Assembly: GCA_964035545.1 (NCBI GenBank)
Contig: OZ037765.1
Location: 16,368,995-16,432,994 of the forward strand
Source of the DNA: Bugula neritina
Lineage: Eukaryota; Animalia; Bryozoa
Direction of reading: 5' to 3'
Length of the DNA stretch: 64,000 bases
Both the position numbers and the translations under genes were made by a program. The stretch's first letter is position 1; each line of letters opens with the position of its first letter. Shown piece after piece: positions 49,401-64,000 of this stretch. The notes under the pieces were generated by a model. That model saw nothing but the letters and a program-made list of their open reading frames with translations. It made no database searches and was not told the DNA's origin.

Positions 49401-52400
49401 CATTGCTACTCTTGTACTTACTGTTTTTACTATTATTTTGTTAATTTTTTTAATTGTAATATAAATTTAATACTACCATAGTTCCTCCATATTTTAACAT
49501 GGTATTTGGATTTGTATGCAATTGTGTGAAGCTGAAATATAATATTGTTTTGATTATTTAAGAACATTTTGTTGAAAAACGTACATAGTTTAAAATTTAA
49601 ATGGGAAAAAATGAATATAAGAGATGAATATTTTCAATTTTGCAAAATATGAAGTTACAAGATTTTAGTGGTTTTTGAGTTTCAAATTTGTGTAGCTTTA
49701 TCAAGTATATGCATTACTCTGTGTAGCCCCAGTTTCTAACAATATGTCACCACCTTCAGGTACGTCTTAATATTAGTCTCCATACACACCTAGGCTATCA
49801 CATTGTGTAAATGACAGTTTATTAAATAAAGCTTATTTTAAGCTTGCTAAGCCAATCTATCTCTTCCCTCTTTATTTGCATTTCTTGCAGCACCTGTTTT
49901 GGATATAAAGTATAGTTACAATTTCTTAGTACTATTTGAGTTATGCATGTCTGAAGTTTTGAACAGCTTGTTATTTAAATCACTTCTTTTCTTTCAAATT
50001 TATCAACACTTTGGCACAATACAAATATTTTATCTATATTTAAAGTTGAATGTTGCAAAGATAAAAGCTGGTTCAATGAAACTGATTATTTATACATTGT
50101 GGTGGTGTGTAGCACTGTACAATGTGTGATGCACAGCTTTGATTTAATATCAGGTCCTATTTCTCCTATGTAGTGGTTTCAACGTATCACCTTAAATGAC
50201 AGCATGTCTCCTCCACTTCTTATCCCTACCTGCACTTTTTATTTCTTCTAACAAGAAATTGTTGCATGATTTCCTATCCTTCTGTGTCTTTATTTAAGAA
50301 CTTCTCTTCATAGTATATAATCTGGTTTTATTTAGCAATTTTCGTAATAATATAATCAATTATTTGGTGTTGTCCTCTTTTTTAATGAAACAATACAAAA
50401 TGAAAGCTTCAACTACATTAGGATCTTTCCTTGAAAAAATTAATTATTTATCTTTTTACAAAGCTTATGATTTTTTGTAGCCTATAACATATTTTTTGTT
50501 TAAAAGTTTCCACTTTTGTTAACTGATATAGGCTACTATTGAGGGCTTTACACTTACAAGCATCTGTCTTTAAAAATAAAGAGAATTGTAAACAACTCTC
50601 TAAGAGTAAAAATTAATGAAAGTTATTTATTATTAGTAAATGCTCATTTATTTCTAAATACATTAAGTCTTCTTACCTATTCAGTATATGCTCCAGGCCT
50701 ATTGCCAGAGCCATTCAAAAATGATTAAAATTTCAATATCATAATAACTATAATTAAAAGTTGTATTAGAAGCATATTTAATAACTTATTGATTTTACTG
50801 ACATACTTGTAGCTGTGTTATTTTCAGAACTAATCAACATCCGAACTTAATAATATATATCTATATCGCTATGGCTGTGGTTGCAAGTATTAATGAGATA
50901 TTTTAATTTGAATATAACTAGGATTTTATCACATCAGTCTTTTTGTAGTTTAATTAACATTGTAAATGATATTTGAAAAATTGATACTGCAATGAATCAT
51001 TTTAAAATGATGGCCGGTTGATTTTGTTTTATATAACTATGAATAACAATATCAGTACAATCATCATTCAGTTTTATTAATGACTATGTTGTTGGTTGCT
51101 ATAGATACCAAGATGATTCAATATATATGATTGTAATTTATATTTTTATTAGTAACCTAATGTCTCTTGTAAACCATAATACTAAAACACAACTGGCAAT
51201 GTATCATGGCAATGCTGCAGTCATGTGAATGGTGGTAATATACAGCAAGCCTTCATATAAATATGTCAAAACTGCCCTGATATAACTTCGGTGCCTACAG
51301 ATATGGTAACAGTTGCATCGTGTAGTTCTCAAAGTCACATGTCTACACGTGTATTGTATCTAGGCAGTCAACTTAAGAATGCTAAAATGCATATTTTTTT
51401 GTAACTTGAACTTATAATTTCTCAGTCATTTGGGTTAAAAGTGTGATTGCATATTTATTTTGCAAGCATGCAACCTCTCATGCTACAAATACCATGAAGG
51501 TAGTGTTAGTAAAAACAGCAACTCTGCATGATTGGTATTTTTGATAAATGCACATTTTTGTATTAGTTACAATTGTACAATACTTGAAGCAAATTTTTGC
51601 TGCTAGAACTGCTGTATGGGCTACAATAACATACTGTGGGAGAAAGTTGAACTATTTGCAAACCTCAAATGTTTAGGCTCATGATTTATTTGGAGTATAT
51701 CTCATTAATGTGCATTATTTGTATGTTTGGGTTATTTCTAATGGATATTCAGTCATGTAGTTGTGTTGATTGCAGTTGACAAGGTAATGGTTGCGGAGAG
51801 TTCTGGAGCACCAGGTGTTCCAATCATATACAGAGCAGCTGAGGAGAGAGCAGCTAATCCCGACAGACTCAACCTGGACAGGTTTGCTTTGATACCCAGT
51901 TTATTGTTGCTAGTACATAATACGAGATATAAACATATATGGAACTGGCACTAGATTAGCTGACAGATTGTAGATTCATTCACATTCTACTCCATTTAAA
52001 ACTTATTGAATAAATGGAACATTCACTTAGCAATGGTAGCGGTCAAGAAACGGTATGCTGTTGTAACTTTATGCTCATTATAATGAAGGATTTTACTTAT
52101 TATACGGAACTTGTTTTGAGCAAAACATTTTCAGGTCAAAATATGCTGTGGCTTTTCAATTCTAGCAAGCCAATGAATCTACATGTGATAAATTGTTTAT
52201 GACGGTATTTTTTGTATAAAGACGAAGGTTAGTTGTCTGTCCAATACTAGATGGTGAAGATCAACTTCGACTTCTAAACTATCAACATAACAATATTAGG
52301 AAAATATCCAACCTTCAAACTCTTAGAAAACTGATCTTTCTTGACCTTTATGATAATCAAATTGAAGAAATCTCCGGACTTTCAAACCTGAGGTCTTTAA

Positions 52401-55400
52401 GAGTTCTCATGTTGGGAAAGAACAGGTATGCTATTGCTAGTTATATATATTTATAAAGACGAAAATACATCCAGTTAAGATTTAGTTTAAATAGAAACAT
52501 ACCTAGTTTGCTTCTTGCAACGAGTCATGCTTTTAATCAAAAACCAAATAAATTTAATGTATCATGTTTGTTTAGTTCACAGTCTATACTGTATTTTATG
52601 TAGCGTACTAAATCATTTTAAATTAAGGTTGTTATTGTAAATTATTATGTTGGTGTTCTATATATTCACAGAATAAAGAAAATTGAACATCTGGACAGTC
52701 TTGTTAAATTAGATGTTCTAGATCTTCATGGAAATGAGGTGAGGTTTCCTTTTGTATGAAGAATAAATCTGCTTTGCAAAAATATCAGTTATTACACTTC
52801 ATAATGAAAATTATATGGGGCAAGTTTTTCTATAAACTTATAAAATTTATTTCATGCCCTCAAGAAATAATTTGCACTTAGCACATATAATATTTTTAGG
52901 CTGCATGCAGTTCTTTATTTAGAAAATACTTTTAAGTTTATAATTATAATTACCTCGAATCTGACTGTTAATAAAGTCTTGAGTAACTAAATATATACAC
53001 TTTGTTTCATGTCATTGACATGTATTTTGCTCTGAAAAACATAAAGTTGCCTACTTACTGCTCACTTTTTGCTTTTTTTTAAAGAAAGGTTTGTAAATTG
53101 TATATAATAAGAAAGTAATATATATTAAATAGTACACTGTTAGAGTGTGTAATACAGTAGTTTATTGCAGAGTGTAAAATTATAATATGCCATGATATTA
53201 TGTTGTACTTACAGCATTATATTATAGAGTATAGGGTGTAGTATGAGTCAAATTAGTGCTAGAGGGAAAAGGTTTTGAGAATTTTCGACAAATTTTATTC
53301 TTGTTTTTTCTTGGTTGACAAAGTCAAGGGTTAGTGTACAGAGCATTTTTGTTAAGTTGGGTTTTCCATAAATCGTAATATAAAAATGGTTTTAAAATTA
53401 AGTAATTTCGGAGGCAGTTATATGTTTCTAGCACATATAACTGCTTTATTAAAATTCATAAGCATAAGCTGTACAGAAAAGAGAGTTGTAAAGCAAATTA
53501 GATAAAACTAGCGTGTGTGACATAGAAATTATGTAAACATTATTATTTTGTTATTTAAATGTATTTTGGAAATTTTTTAGTTCTAACATAGCTCTTAATT
53601 TGCCACTTGCTAAATATTAAAACAAAATTAAAATCATTGCATCTGTTAGCTATACACACACACACGCACATACACACACGCACACACTTTGAACGCTCAC
53701 ACGCACGCACACACACACACACCTAGAGTATATTGTTGAGTATATGGTATGCTTGTAGATCCAAGTTATAGAAAATATAAACCACCTTGTTGAGCTGAGG
53801 GTCCTGAATCTGGCTGGAAATCGTATTTCGTTTGTTGACAATCTCACTGGAATGCTCTCCTTAGCTGAACTAAATCTACGCAGGAATCAAATATACTCTC
53901 TGGTTAGTTAGCTCTGCTCTCTGGGTAGTTAGTTCTACTGTCAAGTAGTGTGAACATTTCATTTAAGTTGAATGCTGGAAAAAAAGTAAAATTAAAGTAA
54001 AAAGTAAAGTTGCGTTTATACTTCTACTGAAAAAGTGCCGAGTTTCAGTTAATAACACTTGTCCAAGTACCCCTTTATAGTCAAACTGAAACTCAATGAA
54101 ATCATATTGATGCGAAAGCTTACTTTCTAAAAGTGAGATCTGACTCACGTAATCGCTATTTGATGCCTTTTAAAAATGTCGTGAATTAGTAAAGTTGACA
54201 GCATAAAAGTGATAATTGAGAAGGTGTAGGCAAAATAATTATCAACATACAAGTACGTCATCTAATTGACAAAGTCATAACTAGATAACGACATTTACAA
54301 GAAGTTATTACTCCTTTTGAATGTTATTCTGAACTTGGCTGATTAAGTTATCACAGTACAAACATTTTTCACAATGCAATGCATCTTGGAGAAATTTCAA
54401 CTTGGCCAAATTGAATTTCTGACTGAAAATCGTGAAGGTATAAACGCAACTTAAAACATTTTTTTCTGTTTATTGAGCTAAGGAGGAACATGCAAGCTTT
54501 TGCTTTATTAAATTTGTTAGAAATACATGCTCTAGTGTCTAGATAATGCTGATTTAAATTGTTGAAAGTCTTAGTTTTTAAAATGGTGCTTGCACATGGC
54601 TGATGCTTCATTTATACCGTTTGCAATTTTTAGGATTTATTTTATGTTTGTAAGTGTATTGATGATCAATTAATGAAATAAAACATAAGTTTTTTCATAT
54701 GATTATCAAAATTGTTTTTAAACTTTGCTTCGTTATTTTTGTGTTTTAGACAGGTGTTGATCAGCTGCCAGCCCTTCAGAGGCTCTTCCTTAGCTGTAAT
54801 GAAATCACAAGGTTTGTTGTGTAGCATATGTTGTTTAGAATGTTTATATGAATGTTTTCATATATGAAGGTTCTCAGTACTTGGAAACAACACTACACAT
54901 TTTGAACAAATATTTTGACATTCTTTTCACAAGTCCTGTTTCAAACTTTTAGATATCTATAAGTATGCAACAATCTATACATTTAGTTTATTGTAGAATC
55001 ATTATATTGGCATGTTATCAGCTTATGTGTCAATTAGTATTTGTATACAAGTTAAGTTATTAATATTGTTGAAATTAGTGTACTTTTGTTGTTTTCATAC
55101 ATCTCTCTATATGCTCATTTTAGGCTTTAAAAGTTTATCAACAACTAAATGTCATTATGTGAAATATTTCAACGTGTTAATTCTAGATGAAAATACATCT
55201 TACCCTACATGCAAAGTAATTGGTGTTTTAAATCATTATATATGGCTCTATTCTATATCATTATGCTAATTACTATAGCATTTTAAAACTGATAAGCAAT
55301 GTTGATTTTTTTGTAATAATCGGCTAAAAATTATTTATGAATTATGATTGATATATGCTCAGCATGACTAATATTTACTCAGTATGACTAATATATACTC

Positions 55401-58400
55401 AAATATTCATGTAAATTATCAAATAGCTCAGCTACAAAAGACTTTGATGAATGAGTTTTGTCTTGATATGTTTTTAGTTTTGAAGACATAAAATGTCTGT
55501 CAAAGTCACACAGCTTACAGGAAATAGCCTTAGATGGGAATCCTATAGCCTCAGATCAATACTATAAACAGAACATATTGAGTAGCATGCAGCAGATCAG
55601 GCAGCTGGATATGAAGAGAGTTACGGTTAGTTATTTGGTTCTGCACTCACTAGGTTTTATTCTGGACAAATACTTTATTTATTTAAATTATTATCTGCTT
55701 ACAACCGAACAACATCTAATCTTAACCTTGTTTTAATTATTCTGTTTATAAAACCTGTAGATGACAATAACTATTATGTTTATTATTGCTACTCCTAAAC
55801 TTGGTTGTATCACATTTTATACTGTTATAATCTCCTATGTGTATATATGTGTGTGTAGCACTCGAGTGCTTGTGCGTATATATGTATGTATATTTGCTAA
55901 ATGTCACAAATCTGCTTTAGGATGAAGAGAAGAGAATATCAGCAGTTATGGTTCGGAAGGAAGAAGATCGTAGAAGAGAGTTGCAGAAGATTTCAATAAT
56001 GAAGGTGGTATATACAGACTATCCCACTATGGGGTCTAAATATTATGTCAATATGAGAGGGGGGTGTATAAAAGAAGTTTGGTCAAGGGTTTCAGTGCAG
56101 CCTATTCGGCTAGTGTGGTTCAAATCTTTAGAATTTAGACCATAATTTTGTATTACGGGAAACTTGCTTGAAATTATATTTTTCATTGAGCTGCATTTAT
56201 GTGTTTTCTTGCATTGTTTAAATTTACATGTCATCATAATCTTAACAAATTGACATATTTTAGAGCAAAACTAAATTTATAATACTGAAGGTGAAGTCTG
56301 CTGCAACTAAATACTATTCATTGTACCACTATTGTTTGTGATGTTCTTCCCAGCAACTGGCAAATAGACCAAATATTCTATGGCTGTTGAAATCTTTATT
56401 TTTTCATAGAGCTTGGGCTTTTTAAACAAAGTGTTTAATTCAAACAACTTTGTATTTTATGTTAGTATAAAGGAATTGAAACACCAAGTATGACTGTTGC
56501 AACACTAGGTATAAAATATGGCCAGTATAGTAATAAGAGATACTCACTAATGAAATATTTTTGACCTAAAATGTAACGTCTGAAAGGCCAGTTTAATAAT
56601 GGTAGTGCTCCTCTAACAGGTGCAGTAGAGAGATTTGTAAGCACACCGACTCACTTAGTAATAAGACTAATCATAGAGTCAGCAATCATAACTAGCTGTT
56701 TAGCAGCATCACACTGCTTTCTACTGATGCGGAGTTTGTAACTGGTGAGATGTATTGGTGAGATGTATTGGTGAGATATACTGGTGAGATATATTGGTGA
56801 GATGTATTGGTGAGATATGTTGGCGAGCTGTGCTGCGGCTAACTATCAACAAAGGTGTTATGAAATTTTTGCAGAAACTGTTGCATTTCAAGTTTCAGGT
56901 TAACAAACATCTTTGAAAACATTATGTGTGAAATGGCCATATAAACTTTGCTTGTAAAATTATTAAAATATAGTTAAATTATAGGTTTTTAATTCCTTTA
57001 AACCAGATATAAAATGGTTTGTAAAGTTTTCTGTTCTCATAAAGAACACAACTCATATATAAAAGTAAAAATTTCAACATCTTTGAAATTAGCTGATCTC
57101 TCACCCAAAATGTTGCTTTTATTTTTTAATACAACTGTTTGGCTCGCTATGGTTTGCAATTAATTGAAAATAAAAGTTTCTTTGGAGAACTGTTTTACTG
57201 TAGGATTACTTTAGATTTATAAATACACAAAGCTACTCGACTTTGTTTGGGTAACTTGATGTGACCCTCCAAGATGTCTTTATGCAGTACTCTAGGGTAC
57301 CCTTATGTAGCCTTAAATTGTCATTGCATGTAGTCACTGTTCCCAGCTATTACCGTACCTCAAGGTTCCCATGCACATCGTTTTGCATCTGGATTTAAAA
57401 TTCTCACTTGAAATGTTGTGTGCATTGTAGGCTATTAGTTAGTATTTAGTTTGCCGGATGTTGCTGTCTGAATTTATAGTATTAATCATGGCAGTAATAG
57501 TTCTCTTTTGGCCTATATTTTTTCTTAAATTTCAAAGTTTGTTGAATTAGATTGACAAGAAGCTACTTTTTAATACTACTAAAACATAAATAAATATTTA
57601 ATTAGAGTTAATAACTAAGAATCAACTACTATCTTCTAATCAGGAAAAGAGAAAACAGGCAATAAACACAGCCAAGGAGCAGTGGGAGCTGATGCAGTCT
57701 ACTCTGATGGGCAAGTCCAACAGACTGACTAAGATGCCAGAGATATATGCTAAACATATCTCAACTTATGATAATGTTACCACAAACCAGTCACCAGTGA
57801 CTGCTGCTTCTACTACAGCAGTAGTTGATGAAGACTCCCTTGATGAGGCTTCTGGGTAAATGATCTCTGGTCTATAGTTACAGTTTGTGTTCATTTCCTC
57901 TTGCTAATTATCTAGACACGTTATTGAAAGTATTCTCCTGTGTAATTGTGACTTAAATTATGTACTGCTTGGCAGTCTTTTAATCACATCTGTGTATTTC
58001 TGTAATCATTGCAACTATAGGTTATATATATTTGTAAATGTTGAAATAAATGGTTGAAATCTATATAACTAAAATTTGGTTCAAATTTTGTTTTTGTAGA
58101 ATGTAGTTACTGTGTTTTATTCTAGAACTGTTTTTGATTCCGAGGATTTGAGTAAAGTACACCAGGATCCACCGCCACAAGCTCATCTCAGCAGGGGAGC
58201 CCACAACTATAACCGAGTTCCAGTGAAGATAAGATCTCACTCTGAGTCTAGGCCCATGCACCCCTCTACTGGCACTCGGCCAGATTTTCACGAGTAAGTT
58301 TCTATATTATGAAAGTTGAAACTTTCACCAGACCTGTGTTTTCTGTAGCAAAGTATTTCTATTTATGATGCTACACAAATGCCATGCCAGGTGCTACTGG

Positions 58401-61400
58401 GCAGTCAGCTTGTAGTACAAATTATTTAGGTAAATTTGGAGAAGTTCTACAAATTGCTGATTTGTTTGTAGTTGGTAAATGTACTACAGAAATATTTGTG
58501 GGACTTGAGGTCTATTATGCTCTCATGTGTGTATGTGAGCTTGCAATTGATGTTTGCTGTAGCATGGATTTATTGAATTAATATTTATTTTATTTATTTC
58601 TTTATTTATCTTTCTTTTGATTTAGGAAAGATCTCTCATTGTAAGTTTTTACTACACTTGCATTTATATACTGCCACTTGAATTGCATCATGAGCTAGAA
58701 CAAAGATGCTTATTGTGATTTGCTAAAATGTGTCTTTCTACACAACTGCACTATTCAATATTATTGAAAGTATTGGAATATCGGTAAATAATTTATATAA
58801 AAAAAACGATTTTTATTTCAACTTTTTGCATTGTTTTTATGTCCCCGTTGGTGATTTAAAATCTTCAAATTGTTATAAGCAACTTCCAATACATTTTTAT
58901 AAACTGCACTGTTTCTTATTCTTCACACAGCTTCATAGTAGTCTTTCAAAAAGTTGTTTGATTGGCTCATTGTTATATTATTGTTGTGTGCAATGGTCTT
59001 CACTTTCGCTATTCTGCAGTCTGATTTATTGTTATTTGTTATAAATTTATTATTTACCTGCCACAAATACCTATCTAAATAAATGAATGAATATTTAAAT
59101 TTTATAAACTTTAAAATAACCATCAATTTAGTACGGAAAACATAAAAACACAAAATTTACAGTTTTTTGTGCTGTATTGTAAGTTGTTTTCTCTCTCTAG
59201 TTACATAACCTTAGGAGGTTCAATTGCATCATGTTGAAATTTCTTTGTTTGAAAGCCTATAATTACTTTCTACTGATATTTAGTGTTCAACTAGTCAAAA
59301 AATATGTGAAGGTAAAATATTCAGGTAAATTTATATTTTTAAAATGAGATTTTCATGATTGTTTTACCGCACCAAATCCTACTTAGTTTGTTGTATCTGC
59401 AATGGCCACATCTGCAGTTGTCAACAAACACTGTGTGCGAGATAGACTATACTTTATTTATTGAACTTCAATTTTGAACTGTAGCAGCTATTAGGTTAGT
59501 ATAGTTATTTTATAATGTCTGTTGCAAATAGATCTTCTCTGCTGAAACTCCATCTACTTTTTGGTATGCAAACAGCATTTCATAACAGTCAATATGATTC
59601 TTATCTTATAAACTGAGAAGTTGAGGATGCTATAGTAAAATTAAAACCTCTAGTTAGAGGTCAATGCTAGCTCTGAGCTTCAAATAATCTATTCCCTAGA
59701 ATGCAGGTGTGCATTGCTATTTATAGCACCAGCTGTTAAATACAAGGTCTAAGATGGTGTAAGAGGTTAGTGATCTGAATTCACAGACACAGCTATCAAG
59801 TTTTATTTCTCTATTAGGCTTTGTCTTGACCAATCAATGTTTTTTTTATAATAGTAACAGTAAGAAACCTATTCTGGTCAAACCTTTTACTAAACCAGAT
59901 GAAATACATGGCGCTACCCATATACAGTCAGTCTACTGGATTTTCGTTTGATCTAGCAACCTAGGCTTTGACTAAAGCATTAATATTTGTGCATATTGTT
60001 GTGACCAACAAAAGTTCTCAAGTTATTAATATTTAAGCCGTTATTAATATATAGGTTGTTATATAGGCTGTATTAATATTTTTACTGTTTTCATCAGTGG
60101 ATTTGCTGCTAAGATTTGGGTCTTGAGTGAATTATTGATATTTTCATCAGTTTTAAGCAGGTTTTGTTGGCATGCTCTCTTACCATTGAATTAGTTCTAC
60201 TAGGTTGAGATGGATAGTACTTTTCTTCAAATGTGAGTTGATCATATAGGACTGTTTTTGAGTCAATGTATACATTTTCTTAGCTATTCTAAGTAGCCCC
60301 ACCCAATCTGCAGCCATGTATGTAGCCGCAAGAGCTCCAATGGGATGACTTGTTGAAGTTTTCAAAAGGCAGACGAGTTCTATTACCAGATTTTGGTGTT
60401 TTGAAACCTTCTGAGATGTTTTCTCTTTCAGCTGATAGTCACCAGCACAGCCCAATCAATGATAGTTTCTGCAACTACTACAACATGAAGCGTCCTAGCT
60501 TTGATGACTCTATTGGCATTTATTTTAAAATCTCATAAAATCTTTATATTGGCATTTTTCACCAAGGATTCTACTGAGTGGTCAAACTAAATCTCGCTTC
60601 TATGGAATTCAAATATTTTACACAAACTTCCAAAGACTTGTTGAAATAGCATGGTCATATTTTTTAAATATATTTGCCCTTCACTAACTTCTCGAATTCA
60701 CTGATTATATGCATTACAGTTTCATTCCTTGTAATACATCTCCAGCAATTCTTGCTGCCTTGTTCTTTCATTATGATCACCTTGTAACTGCTAGTAGGAA
60801 GTGCGTGAACCTAAGCAGCCAATAGCAGTCCTTCTGTTTCTTTTTTCAACTAACCAGATTTTACCCAGTTTACGAGTATGTGTTCAATTCTTCCACTCTT
60901 TTAATGTATGGGCCATGTAGAGCCTTTTCTTTCCATCCATCAGTTCTCTCTACAATTATTTATTGCGTAGTTTTACCGTGGTTTTGCCCTTTAGGAAGTT
61001 GTGTAGTTTGATGTCTCCATCCATACATGTATTCTGACCAGCTGTGTTCTTCAACCCTTGCATGCATTCTTCAATCAACATCATACTTCTGCCACCTTCT
61101 CCCCTGCTAACATATAGCCTGTCCACATTTGCTGTTGGGTGGAGTGCCTGATTCATTGTCATAGCTCCCTTGTCTTTCCATCCATCTTTCTCGGCTCATC
61201 AACAGTCCAGTGGGCTAGTCCAGTGGGCTAGTCCAGTGGGCTAGTCCAGTGGGCTAGTCCAGTGGGCTAGTCCAGTGGGCTAGTCCAGTGGGCTAGTCCA
61301 GCGGGCTAGTCCAGTGGGCTAGTCCTGTGGGCTAGTCCAGTTGTGTATTTTACTGTTGCAACTGCACGTTTGTTGCTTTTATGATAATCCCTCTATTCAA

Positions 61401-64000
61401 TTATTCAATTCTGACTTCAGAACTTTTTTTATTTGTCTAATAATACTCCTTCTTGATCTTATTCTTCATTTCTTACATTTATTCCATCTGTGTCTAGAAT
61501 TCCAAATTACTTATATACCTCCATCATCAAGATCTTGGATTACTTGTCCTTTATTTTCTTTCCTTTTCTAATAAACTAATGTGGCACACTTCATTAAGCT
61601 AAGTTTCATTTCTGCATCTCTTGTGAAAATCCTGGCAGCTTGTTCGTCAATGTTTCCAGTTCTGGCTTAGATCCTCCATAGGTCATCTGTATATAGAAGA
61701 TGGATTGATTTTCATGTCTTGTTGAAAATTGTACTGGGACCTCTTCCCTTATTAGTGGAATGACTACGAAAGCAATCAGAAGATTATTTTTTTATTACTA
61801 TAAAAATTATTATAAGTATTAGAGACAATCTACTAGCTAGCAGTTTTATGTAGTACTTATATATCTATAACTATGGCTCCTGGATGTATTGTCGTAAATT
61901 TTCAGTGACTTTCTTGCTGAGATGGCAGTTATATCGGTCTCTCGCTACAGTTTGTGCATTCTCGCCTTTTTTGCCTTCTAAAAAACAATTCAATTCCCTC
62001 AGCCATGGTGACTGCCTAAATTGACTATATACGTGCTGTTCAACTTCAACTGGAATGTTGTAATATTTCTAGGTATCAGAAGACAGGTCGTGGCCTGATG
62101 CAGTATGTATTGTGATCACCTCCCTTTACTCTCATACATGTGTTGGCTATGATCATTATCTGCTGTTGTCTATGTTATTGTGAATATAAGTTGAAAAAAT
62201 CGATTGTTTATTTTGGATCGTGAAACGTTCATACCGTCGTGTCAGGTGTCTCAGAACCCAATATATGTATGTGTGGCCCTTATTTATTAGTTCACCCTTT
62301 CGTTGCTGTGTTATCACATTCATCTTTTACTTTTGTTATAAAACCCCTAATTTATTTATTCATCTGTAAGATAATGAAATTTCGTTACCCATGAAAGAAG
62401 TCAGGTTCTTTTGGAATGAGATGCTGTTATTTCAACCTTATTACAGTTGTTTTGTATTGTATTTCATTTATTTATGTTCAGTACACAAATGGTAAATCTT
62501 ATGCCAAAGCATGTCACTATCTCTCATGCTTATCTGCAACCACTAAATTCATGAAATGAAACTAGAAATGTTGGAAAATATTACTATGCAATCTTAGTTG
62601 ACATTGGAAATTTAGCTATCTCGATCACAATAGTTATACTCTATTCCAGAGTTCACATGTTGTTTTGGTACAGGAAACCAGCCTCGAGAGTTACTTTTGA
62701 TCACTCAAAAACAATATTAGTGTAATATTTTGCCTACAGTGAGGTGTGAACAGCATAGCACCAACTGCACCCATTTTTATCCACCGCACTGGTGTACCAA
62801 CCCTCAGAAGAGTAGGTTCAACTGGTGACCTAATTTCACAGGTCTAGTGGTAGCTCTGTGTGGTGTGGTAGCGTGCTGTACAGTCTAAATCTCACTGCAA
62901 CCACAGTTATTTGCGAGTTTTATCATATTCGATTAGCATTACACTTTCTAATTTCAAAGTCATTCTATACTTCATAACTTTTTTTAAAAAATGTGTGCTG
63001 TTATTTACAGTAGAGGAAATGGACTAGCTGAATTAGACGGTGACACTCTCACTTGTTATGGCCCAGGATCAGTAGAAAGTCTAGACAAAAATTGGGGCAT
63101 TCAGGCTGCTGGTGCTGTCACTAATATTGTCTTCAAATTTATTGAGTATGGAGATATTGTGTCTAAAGCATTCAACAAAATACGCAGTAAATTTCCCTCA
63201 GCAAATGTAAGCTATTACAATTGTTATAAGGATATTTGATTTGCTAAATTAAAATTGAATTGGATTTTGTTATTAAACAGACTATAATATTTTGTTTTAA
63301 AAATTAATTCTTTTTTGTTTGATTTGTATTTTGTAGACTTATGAGTTTATGGCTAACAATATACATAGTTTGCAGCAAATCAATGCGCTGTCACAGATAC
63401 GCAAGATTGAGAGTCTCACTATCTGTGAAGAAGGAAACCCTGTTACACAGATTTCAGTCTGGAAACATTACACTCTCTTTAGACTTTCTCACATGTCTAT
63501 CAAGTCACTCAATGGCAAAGAGGTCTGTTATTCGAAAGGCAACTATTACTAGTGATGCAGCAGTCATGTTTGTTACAGAACAAACATGATCACTGGTATA
63601 AATCTATGCTATTCATTCCCTTATTCAACTTGCCCAGTTGAAGCATGGGAAATTCTCTTAGTAATGACTTTGGAAATGTGAAAGCGACTCCTACCCTAAA
63701 ATCTGCACATTTTGTGCAGCTATTGCTACTAACATTTTTGGTGATATCCATTGCATGTGGCAGCACATTGCATTGGAACGAGTATATCTGAGCTGACTTA
63801 GTTTTCAAAATAATGGCCAAAATAAGTGATTATAGAAATTCTCAGAGATAGAAATTTGTCATATTATTATGTTGTTGAGAACATTATTGATTATTACACA
63901 ACATCCATCGGTTATTGACCTTTTCATTACTTCATACTTTACTGATAATATTATGCAGGTTACAGCTGAAGATATTTTAATGGCTGAAAAGCTCTTTGGT
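43497..64000 (+). CDS. LRRC49: Leucine-rich repeat-containing protein 49 (tubulin polyglutamylase complex subunit) homolog, 3'-incomplete, start uncertain
   Basis: Phase-consistent exons 43497-43580, 45201-45339, 49232-49390, 51776-51881 (DRLNLDR), 52222-52425 (RLVVCPILDGEDQLRLLNYQHN...LDLYDNQIEEISGL), 52672-52738 (LDVLDLHGN), 53759-53902, 54750-54811, 55478-55625 (LDGNPIA...RQLDMKRVT), 55921-56004, 57644-57855, 58126-58293, 63011-63206, 63337-63522, 63959-end. Possible start mini-exon ATGTCG|GTATTT at 39647-39652 (unverified). Confidence 0.9.
45826..46282. mobile_element. MITE (~457 bp) whose TIRs are built from ~16-bp tandem subrepeats
   Basis: Left GGTTTCATCCCACTTAGACGCTTCCCACTTGGACAAT; right ATTGTCTAAGTGGGAAGCGTCCATGTGGGAAACGTCTAAGTGGGATGACACC. 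No convincing TSD, superfamily unassigned. Confidence 0.72.
53654..53722. repeat. Imperfect (CA)n microsatellite
   Basis: Direct read. Confidence 0.9.
56743..56827. repeat. 13-bp tandem repeat TGGTGAGAT(G/A)TAT, ~6.5 copies
   Basis: Direct read; no spacers. Confidence 0.93.
60200..61730 (-). mobile_element. Decayed non-LTR retrotransposon fragment, R4/Dong-like (RT plus C-terminal restriction-like endonuclease)
   Basis: Minus-strand remnants with stops and frameshifts: HLLYTDDL (~61680-61705), ALHPTANVDRLYVSRGEGGR, KKETEGLLLAA, CWRCITRNETVMHIISE, IKIL*DFKINANRVIKAR, EKTSQKVSKHQNLVIEL...PIGALA. Confidence 0.82.
61204..61341. repeat. 13-bp tandem repeat AGTCCAGTGGGCT, ~10.6 copies, inside the LINE fragment
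   Basis: Direct read; two variant units; no spacers. Confidence 0.95.

Noticed and set aside
61204-61341. CRISPR-like array
   Set aside because: Head-to-tail 13-mers with no unique spacers, in a eukaryotic intron; the same applies to 56743-56827.

Overview
AT-rich, intron-rich animal (invertebrate-type) nuclear DNA, not prokaryotic; most ORF-track entries are partial exons or noise. By following splice sites and reading frames by eye I reconstructed six spliced genes: a FAM234-like FG-GAP beta-propeller (+, 5' end not located), a UPF0764/C16orf89 homolog (-), JAZF1 (-), mitochondrial ATP synthase subunit c (+), twinfilin (-) and LRRC49 (+, runs off the right edge). Introns carry several non-autonomous DNA transposons (including a 2.4-kb element with ~600-bp inverted arms), tRNA-derived SINEs with long TSDs, two LTR-like repeats, a decayed R4/Dong-type LINE and simple repeats. 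The most novel-looking item is a possible nested antisense gene in twinfilin intron 6 encoding a signal peptide, a furin site and a Cys-containing peptide. Other items: a GC-AG intron in JAZF1, two candidate microexons in LRRC49, an unusual loop substitution in subunit c, and a repeated R-H-x-G-x-H motif in the FAM234-like protein. Family names come from recalled sequence motifs, not database searches. I see no CRISPR array, rRNA or convincing tRNA gene.
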